Assembly: GCA_044240195.1 (NCBI GenBank)
Contig: JBIHZX010000002.1
Location: 3,079-67,078, forward strand
Source of the DNA: Candidatus Nanopelagicales bacterium
GTDB taxonomy: Bacteria > Actinomycetota > Actinomycetes > S36-B12
Length of the DNA: 64,000 nt
Direction: 5' to 3'
Below are positions 57,923 through 64,000 of this stretch, in pieces (position 1 is the stretch's first letter; each line of letters opens with the position of its first letter). A program made the position numbers and the translations under genes. The notes beneath the pieces were generated by a model. The model searched no databases. It was not told where the DNA came from and saw only the letters and a program-made list of their open reading frames with translations.

Positions 57923-58407
57923 TTGTTAATGATCTTCTTCCATGCAAGTTCGGCGCCAATCCGCTTGAAGACTTCCGAGATTTGTTGATCTGGTTCAAGA
58001 TCAGGGTTTTCGCAGATCATCGATAAATCTTCTGCTTTCAAGCCAAAGTTAGCCAACATATTGAGGTCCCCAACTGCTTCATACTCCTCGAGATCCTCTT
58101 CCTGCCACTGCAAATCGATCAGGTCAGCGGCATCTTCGGCGATATCCCAGTCCAGCAGCGCAATGCCGTCACTGATGAGCGCTTCCGTCTTTCGAGGATC
58201 ACTCCGCAACAAAATAAAGAACTCGCCCGACACCCCAACTGCCGCATAAACGCCGCCCTCACCCGGGTATTGCCTGCATAAATCCAACAGGTCATCGAGC
58301 ACGATTGCTTGACGGGAAGGGACCTTAATTGCATTCCAGATCCCCTCTTCCCGCCACAAAATGGCACTGTAATCAAGGTCTTCGATACGTACCTGTTCTG
58401 TTGCCAT
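57919..58407 (-). CDS. tRNA adenosine deaminase-associated protein
   Basis: Acidic 162-aa protein directly upstream of tadA with a 4-nt overlap, a conserved actinobacterial pairing. Confidence 0.7.
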   Translation of the reverse strand: MATEQVRIEDLDYSAILWREEGIWNAIKVPSRQAIVLDDLLDLCRQYPGEGGVYAAVGVSGEFFILLRSDPRKTEALISDGIALLDWDIAEDAADLIDLQWQEEDLEEYEAVGDLNMLANFGLKAEDLSMICENPDLEPDQQISEVFKRIGAELAWKKIINK

Positions 58408-58495
58408 GTCTTAATAGTGACATGAGGCCCGCGGCGAACGCGACCTCTATCCATTATTCGCTGGTGAGTGGCGACATTGCACTAGTCTTGCCCGC

Positions 58496-59134
58496 ATGCA
58501 CACTCTTGTAATTGACCATCCACTCGTTGCCCACAAGATGTCGCGACTGCGCCGTGAGCAGACTTCATCGGCCACATTTCGCCTCCTGACCGAGGAACTG
58601 GTCACCCTGCTGGCCTATGAAGCAACGCGTGGACTCGAAGTGGGTGAAGTAGCAATCACAACGCCCGTTAGCCCCACAACCGGCCGGGAAATGTCTGAGC
58701 CCTTGCCACTGGTCGTACCCATTTTGCGGGCCGGTCTAGGAATGTTAAATGGCATGGTGCGCCTCATGCCGACTGCTGAAGTTGGTTTCCTTGGACTCGT
58801 CCGCGATGAGGAGTCCTTAACTGCATCGATCTACGCGGATCGACTGCCCGACGACATTCACAACCGCCAGGTCTTCGTCCTTGACCCGATGTTGGCTACC
58901 GGTGGAACTCTCATTGCAGCAATTGACATCCTGTTGGACCGCGGAGCAAAAGACGTCACCGCAATTTGTTTACTCGCTGCGCCCGAAGGCTTGGCACGGC
59001 TGGAGGAGGCATACGGAGACAGGGCAGAAAACGTAACCCTCGTCATTGCAGGACTCGATGAACGACTCAACGAAAAGGGTTACATCGTGCCTGGACTCGG
59101 TGACGCGGGTGACCGTCTTTACGGAACCGTGTAA
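58496..59134 (+). CDS. upp: uracil phosphoribosyltransferase
   Basis: PRPP-binding [13 protein letters not shown] and C-terminal [16 protein letters not shown]. Confidence 0.93.
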   Translation: MHTLVIDHPLVAHKMSRLRREQTSSATFRLLTEELVTLLAYEATRGLEVGEVAITTPVSPTTGREMSEPLPLVVPILRAGLGMLNGMVRLMPTAEVGFLGLVRDEESLTASIYADRLPDDIHNRQVFVLDPMLATGGTLIAAIDILLDRGAKDVTAICLLAAPEGLARLEEAYGDRAENVTLVIAGLDERLNEKGYIVPGLGDAGDRLYGTV

Positions 59135-59197
59135 TACCCGCATTTTTTACGTGTCCTATTTCTTATTTCTCCCCTCGTCCTTTAACCTGTAATCGTG

Positions 59198-59347
59198 ATG
59201 CTCTCCATGTTCGTTCTCTGGTTAATCGTCTTTGCGGGCATTGCCCGTAAATGGAAGTGGACACCCGGATTGGCTGTGGTGACCCTGCTCTGGACCCTCA
59301 TAATTTTGCGGTTACATATGACCGATCCAATACCGCTGAACTTTTAA
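59198..59347 (+). CDS. unlisted 49-aa two-TM membrane protein upstream of the DsbB-like gene
   Basis: I translated this by hand as MLSMFVLWLIVFAGIARKWKWTPGLAVVTLLWTLIILRLHMTDPIPLNF, with stop TAA at 59345-59347. It is below the 60-aa track cutoff. The DsbB-like gene starts 25 nt downstream, after GAGGAG. Confidence 0.5.
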   Translation: MLSMFVLWLIVFAGIARKWKWTPGLAVVTLLWTLIILRLHMTDPIPLNF

Positions 59348-59371
59348 CCAAGATTTTCACGAGGAGTCATC

Positions 59372-60076
59372 ATGTCAGAAAAGCAGATACTTACCGACTC
59401 TCAAACACTTACTGTCGCCAGACTGATCAACATTGCGGCCCTGTTCGCACTACTCGGTGTGCTAGCAGGTTCACTGCACCTTCAGTTCGGTGCGGGCGAG
59501 CTTCCCTGTCCCCTGTGTCTTGTTCAACGTTCGGCCATGATCGGTCTGGCCGTTGGTCCCGCGATGAATCTGCTGTGGGGCATGAGGGCCCGCCATTACG
59601 CCTTGAGCATTTTGGCCGCACTTGTCGGTGGGGCTGGGAGCGCCCGGCAGATTTTGTTACACATTGCCACACCGGGTGATCCTGGATTCGGTCCAGCAGT
59701 TTTCGGGTTGCACCTTTATACGTGGGCTTTCATCACCTTCGTCATCGCGGTTGCCGGCTGCGCGGTCCTGTTGATGTGGAACCGACCATTTGACCTCGGT
59801 GATACGGGAGTGCTTGGCAAACGCCATTGGCACCGAACATTAACCCTGTTCATCACTATCTGGGGACTGTTGTGGCTATTGGTTGATCTTCTCGTCATCG
59901 GAATCTCGATAATTCCGCAATGTGGATTAGGGATGTGCCCAGATGATCCGCCTCCGGGTGCCGATCTCGGCGATATCGTTGGTTGGGCTCTGGTCTTGGG
60001 ACTCGGAGTCCTCGCCGCAGTTATCGCCTACTTTGTTGAGCGCCGAATGGGCGAGACTAAATCACTTGCGCAATAA
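59372..60076 (+). CDS. disulfide bond formation protein, DsbB/BdbC-like
   Basis: Polytopic membrane protein with CPLC in the first periplasmic loop and a second Cys pair (CGLGMC) in a later loop. Confidence 0.7.
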   Translation: MSEKQILTDSQTLTVARLINIAALFALLGVLAGSLHLQFGAGELPCPLCLVQRSAMIGLAVGPAMNLLWGMRARHYALSILAALVGGAGSARQILLHIATPGDPGFGPAVFGLHLYTWAFITFVIAVAGCAVLLMWNRPFDLGDTGVLGKRHWHRTLTLFITIWGLLWLLVDLLVIGISIIPQCGLGMCPDDPPPGADLGDIVGWALVLGLGVLAAVIAYFVERRMGETKSLAQ

Positions 60077-60835
60077 GGCCGAGAGGTACCGGTCGAAGAT
60101 TCCGGCGACTTCGCGTCCACCGGGGGTTTTCACTCCGTAAACGGGTGTACCAAATCCTTCAGCTTGGGTGATCGCAATGCGCTCGGGCATAAACGGTTTG
60201 AGAATTGCCGTCTTTCCGTAAATACTTCCCAACTCATCCACGCGGTACTGGTGTTCCTCGGCGACTGAGCGCACTCGGTTCACCACGATTCCAGCAAGTT
60301 TGAGACCCGGATTGACACCTTTGCGAATCTCTTCAACCTCGGCAACGGCCTTCTCAACTCCTTGGGTAGCAAAGTAGGAAGGTGTTGTAACGATGAGGGC
60401 GAAATCAGAAGCGGCCAACGCCTCGCGGGTAAGCGCACCCAATGATGGTGGGCAATCAATCAAAACAAGATCGTAACCTTCAAGTTGCTGCAATGCTTTC
60501 GCCAACTTTGGTTTGAATACTGCTCCGGGCTGCGTCCATGAGTCGAATCTGATCACACTTGGGTGAGAAGCCAACACATCAACTTCACCCGGACCCATCT
60601 CCCAATCACAGGGTGTCAGGGCCGCCTCAATTTGCGCACGGGTGGGATGCTCAAGGACATTGGCGACCGTTGTCTTGGAGGGGTGTGCTCGCAAAATGGA
60701 CGTTGCATTCCCCTGGGGGTCAAGGTCGATCACGAGTGAGGCTAGGCCGCGGGCCGTTGCCGCCCCTGCTAGACCCAAAGTCACCGATGTTTTACCGACT
60801 CCACCTTTAAGACTCATAACACTAATAACGGGCAT
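60062..60835 (-). CDS. ParA/MinD-family ATPase
   Basis: ATG at 60835 gives MPVISVMSLKGGVGKTS (deviant Walker A). The track start at 61066 is an Arg/Ala-rich extension overlapping the divergent gene. Confidence 0.85.
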   Translation of the reverse strand: MPVISVMSLKGGVGKTSVTLGLAGAATARGLASLVIDLDPQGNATSILRAHPSKTTVANVLEHPTRAQIEAALTPCDWEMGPGEVDVLASHPSVIRFDSWTQPGAVFKPKLAKALQQLEGYDLVLIDCPPSLGALTREALAASDFALIVTTPSYFATQGVEKAVAEVEEIRKGVNPGLKLAGIVVNRVRSVAEEHQYRVDELGSIYGKTAILKPFMPERIAITQAEGFGTPVYGVKTPGGREVAGIFDRYLSALLRK

Positions 60836-60947
60836 ACGGCATATCTTTCTGGGTTCCCAAGGCGAGCGCAACCCACCTGCACAATCTGGGTCACCCAACC
60901 AATTGACCCTTTTGGGAGATTCTGGCCCCAGAAGGTAGTGTGAAACC

Positions 60948-61772
60948 ATGCTTCCCGCCCTATCCAAATCCACCGCCGTCACCGCCTGTATCGGTCTGAT
61001 CGCTGGAGTAACCCTCATTGCATCCCCCCTTCCCCGTGCCCGCGCCTCAGAGGCGGTCGCGGCCACGGTCGGTAACTGCTTCGACTACAAGTCCAGTGGG
61101 ACAAAGGACCAAGCGGCGAGTGCCCCGGCTGTTGACTGCGCCACGCCACATACCGCGCAGACCTACTGGGTGGGCACATTGCCTGAAAACTTCGGGGTTC
61201 CTGAGAAGGCCAGCGCAGCCAGCCGACTCAAGGCGACCCAACCCTGCACGGTAAACAGCATCAATGCCTTCGTGAATATTGTGGATCCGAAACTGCCGAC
61301 TCGATTGCAAAGTGTCACAATTTTTCCATCAAAAGAACAATGGGGTGCGGGTCAGCGTTGGGTTCGCTGTGATGTTGTCTTTCGGGAGGGGAAGAGTTAC
61401 AAGCAACTGTCAACACCCGTGGCCGAATTTGTTGCCGCGACCCCTTCAAGCCAATTGAATTTTTGTACGTCAGGCGTTCCTGGGAACAGAACGACAAGCG
61501 CCTACCCGTGCACGGATGTCAATAAAAACTGGATCATGATCCTTGAACGAAATCTAGGAACAACTCCGACCAAAAAATTCCCGGGTGCGCGAACTGTGGA
61601 AAATCAAACAAAACGGATTTGTGAAAATGCGGCCAAGCCCTACGTCACATTAAAGAAGTACTACCCGTGGTGGGCAATTTGGCCAGATTCAGCCGGCTGG
61701 TCCCGCGGTGACAGGACAGCGCAGTGTTTCGTTCCTTATAGCGAGTTCGTTAAGAACACTGTCAGTCAATAA
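60948..61772 (+). CDS. septum formation family protein (secreted)
   Basis: Signal peptide followed by the GNCFD ... C.TPHTAQ pattern typical of the Septum_form domain. Confidence 0.7.
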   Translation: MLPALSKSTAVTACIGLIAGVTLIASPLPRARASEAVAATVGNCFDYKSSGTKDQAASAPAVDCATPHTAQTYWVGTLPENFGVPEKASAASRLKATQPCTVNSINAFVNIVDPKLPTRLQSVTIFPSKEQWGAGQRWVRCDVVFREGKSYKQLSTPVAEFVAATPSSQLNFCTSGVPGNRTTSAYPCTDVNKNWIMILERNLGTTPTKKFPGARTVENQTKRICENAAKPYVTLKKYYPWWAIWPDSAGWSRGDRTAQCFVPYSEFVKNTVSQ

Positions 61773-62997
61773 CGGGTCTCTTGGGGCCAACACCCCAAAA
61801 GATGTAATTCCAGAACCAGTCAGCCATTACCGAAATTCGGTTTCGACCTCCCGCAAGATAGAACACATGCAAACCTAACCACGCAAACCAAGCGATCGTG
61901 CCGTGTAACTTGATGCCGTTTGGCATTTCAACCACAGCGCGGCGTCGACCAATTGTCGCCATCTGGCCCTTGTCCTTATAACTGAATGGTTGCGGCTCGT
62001 CACCTTTGAGTATTTTCTCGATACTCGCAGCGACATAGCGCCCCTGCTGCATAGCAACGGATGCCACCATGGGTAGCGGGCGGTCACCCGTGCCAATGAC
62101 ATGGGCCATGTCTCCCAACACCCAAACATTGGGTTGTAGTCGAAGTGTGTCCGAAACAATGAGTCGATTAGATCGATCCGTGTTCCCTAAAACATTCCAC
62201 TCTGCCGGTGCCGCTACCCCGGCCGCCCAAATGATGGTTCCCGCGGGAAGCACCTCACCAGACTTAAGGTGAACGTCACCGGGGTACATGCGGTCAACCG
62301 CACTGTCCACCATCACGTTCACACCCAACTCTTCCAATTCACTCTTCGCATGTGCGGAAGACTTTTCTGCGAAGGAAGGAAGGAGCCTGGCTCCGGCTTC
62401 GACCAATGTCACCGCACCATGTTTGGCAACGTCAAGAAACTCACGGTGCATGCTTTTCTGCAGTTCTGCAACGGCACCAGCAATTTCGACGCCCGTGGGT
62501 CCCCCACCGACAACGACAACGCGTAATGATTCTTTAGGCTTCAGACCGGTCTCAACGTCTTCATACGTTTGAAGAAGTCTGTTTCTAATGGCTCGCGCTT
62601 GATATAAATCTTTCATTTGCATGGCGTTTTCCTGGACACCAGGGATACCAAACGTTGTTCCGCCACTCCCAACGGCTAAAACCAACTGATCAAAATAGAG
62701 GACCCGACCATCTTCCAATCGAATGTTATTTGCTTCCAAAGAAACTTTCACCACATCACCACGAATGAAGTCCACACCAGGAATGGCCGAACGAACAGGG
62801 TAAGCAATGTCGTCTTCTGGCAGTCCACCCGTTGCCACTTGATACAACAGTGGGGCAAACAATTGGTACGAGTGACGATCAATAACGGTCACGTGGACAT
62901 TTTCTTGCTTTGCTAATTTAGTAGCGGCGGTAAGGCCACCGAAACCTGCTCCGATGACAAGGATTTTTGATTTCGTTAATTCAGATTGGGCATTCAC
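61762..62997 (-). CDS. ndh: type II NADH:quinone oxidoreductase
   Basis: Two Rossmann motifs (VIGAGFGG and VVGGGPTGVE) and a C-terminal membrane-anchoring helix. Confidence 0.9.
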   Translation of the reverse strand: MNAQSELTKSKILVIGAGFGGLTAATKLAKQENVHVTVIDRHSYQLFAPLLYQVATGGLPEDDIAYPVRSAIPGVDFIRGDVVKVSLEANNIRLEDGRVLYFDQLVLAVGSGGTTFGIPGVQENAMQMKDLYQARAIRNRLLQTYEDVETGLKPKESLRVVVVGGGPTGVEIAGAVAELQKSMHREFLDVAKHGAVTLVEAGARLLPSFAEKSSAHAKSELEELGVNVMVDSAVDRMYPGDVHLKSGEVLPAGTIIWAAGVAAPAEWNVLGNTDRSNRLIVSDTLRLQPNVWVLGDMAHVIGTGDRPLPMVASVAMQQGRYVAASIEKILKGDEPQPFSYKDKGQMATIGRRRAVVEMPNGIKLHGTIAWFAWLGLHVFYLAGGRNRISVMADWFWNYIFWGVGPKRPVID

Positions 62998-63950
62998 TTG
63001 AGTGGGCTCCTTGGTTCGGAATCAGGAAAAGGGCTTTCCCCAACGGACTCCGTGGCACTGAGACGCTCACATTGAGACTCGGTAAGTTCAATATTCAATG
63101 AACGAACAATTGAGTCCACTGTTACCGGCTTAGTTGCGCCCGGAATCGGAATCACAACCGGTGAAAGTTTCAATAACCAAGCAAGTGTGATTTCTTGAGC
63201 TGTTGCATCGTGTTCTTGCGCGACAGCAGCAAACTCACTAAATTGCGATTCGACATTTTTTGCGTTGTCTGATCCGCCCAGCGGGGACCACGGTAGAAAA
63301 GCGATTCCCAGTTCGGTGCATCGGTCCAATACCTCACGATTCTCACGGTAACGTGGCGAGAATTCGTTTTGTACAGAAACTACACCGCCGCTCCCCGGCC
63401 CTCCCAAAATTTCGAGGGCTACCTCTAGCTCAGGCAGGGTTGCATTTGAAATTCCCACCTCCCGAACCCAACCGAGATCGCGCAAGGCCAGAATGCCCCG
63501 CATTTGATCGGTGTAGGTCTCGCGTGGATCATGTCGGTGAAACTGATAAAGATCAATGACGGAAACGCCAAGTGCTGTCATGCTTGCCTCACACGCCGCT
63601 TTTAGACCTGAAGCACTTCCATCACGCGTCCAGGTTTCACCTTCACCACGGGTGAGGCCACCTTTTGTCGTGACCAGGATGTTCGCGGTATTTGCCGGCC
63701 CGGCGTATAGGGATAGGGCTTCCTCGATTAACTCTTCATTGTGGCCAACGGTGTCCCATGTCGGCGCATAAATATTTGCCGAATCAATGAATGTAATTCC
63801 CACATCAAGTGCGCGATGGATAGTGGCAATAGCCTGTTCTCGATGCGTCACCATGTGAGTAAACGAAAGGGGCATCGCGCCCAGACCAATTGCCGAGACT
63901 TGCCACGGTCCGAGTTGACGCTGAGGTAGGGGCGTAATGACAGCGCTCAT
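62994..63950 (-). CDS. aldo/keto reductase
   Basis: AKR fold motifs (GLGAMPLS, FIDSANIY, LPWSPLGGS). There is a 4-nt overlap with ndh. Confidence 0.9.
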   Translation of the reverse strand: MSAVITPLPQRQLGPWQVSAIGLGAMPLSFTHMVTHREQAIATIHRALDVGITFIDSANIYAPTWDTVGHNEELIEEALSLYAGPANTANILVTTKGGLTRGEGETWTRDGSASGLKAACEASMTALGVSVIDLYQFHRHDPRETYTDQMRGILALRDLGWVREVGISNATLPELEVALEILGGPGSGGVVSVQNEFSPRYRENREVLDRCTELGIAFLPWSPLGGSDNAKNVESQFSEFAAVAQEHDATAQEITLAWLLKLSPVVIPIPGATKPVTVDSIVRSLNIELTESQCERLSATESVGESPFPDSEPRSPLK

Positions 63951-64000
63951 GACCGCAGTCTACCGCCCCAACGCTTATTCGCGCCTGGCTGAAAGTTCCT

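Overview
This window is a chromosomal segment of an Actinomycetota genome with mid-range G+C and very tight gene packing, including many 4-nt start/stop overlaps and convergent gene-end overlaps. From memory, gene order is collinear with the Mycobacterium tuberculosis Rv3641c-Rv3721c core region. In window order I read: a csoR-copZ-copA copper operon (copA runs off the left edge), a secreted peptidase, holB, tmk and topA. Next come an H+-pyrophosphatase, a STAS protein, an MrfA/SftH-like DUF1998 helicase and a 7-gene Tad/Flp pilus locus. These are followed by acs, nhaA, an FeS-type cryptochrome/photolyase, marP-nudix-tlpA-nth and crp. Then come two ArsA-like ATPases, whiB, a class A PBP, asd/ask, an ABC-2 exporter and recR-dnaX with SRP RNA. 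The right end holds tadA, upp, a DsbB-like protein, parA, ndh and an aldo/keto reductase. I support about 65 CDS, 3 tRNAs (Pro-CGG, Ser-GGA, Ser-CGA) and the SRP RNA. I saw no rRNA, CRISPR array, transposase or integrase. Most of the window is ordinary housekeeping. The accessory part is 50.1-56.8 kb, between the two tRNA-Ser genes. The best candidate for something undescribed sits at 50.11-52.36 kb. It is a strongly AT-rich 2.2-kb insertion into the 3' end of tRNA-Ser(GGA), built as a tandem array of single-gene cassettes. Each cassette encodes a paralogous secreted protein with a degenerate LytM-like domain. Each ends in a conserved ~70-bp unit that terminates in a displaced copy of the tRNA 3' end, including a perfect 24-nt direct repeat. 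No recombinase is present in the window. What looks like the original tRNA terminator is displaced 2.2 kb away. Next to this array lie a DUF2142 membrane protein, a GcvH homologue with a lipoprotein signal peptide, and a large lipoprotein with a papain-like Cys/His pattern and an in-frame acidic tandem repeat. All family names come from motif reading by eye; no database search was run.
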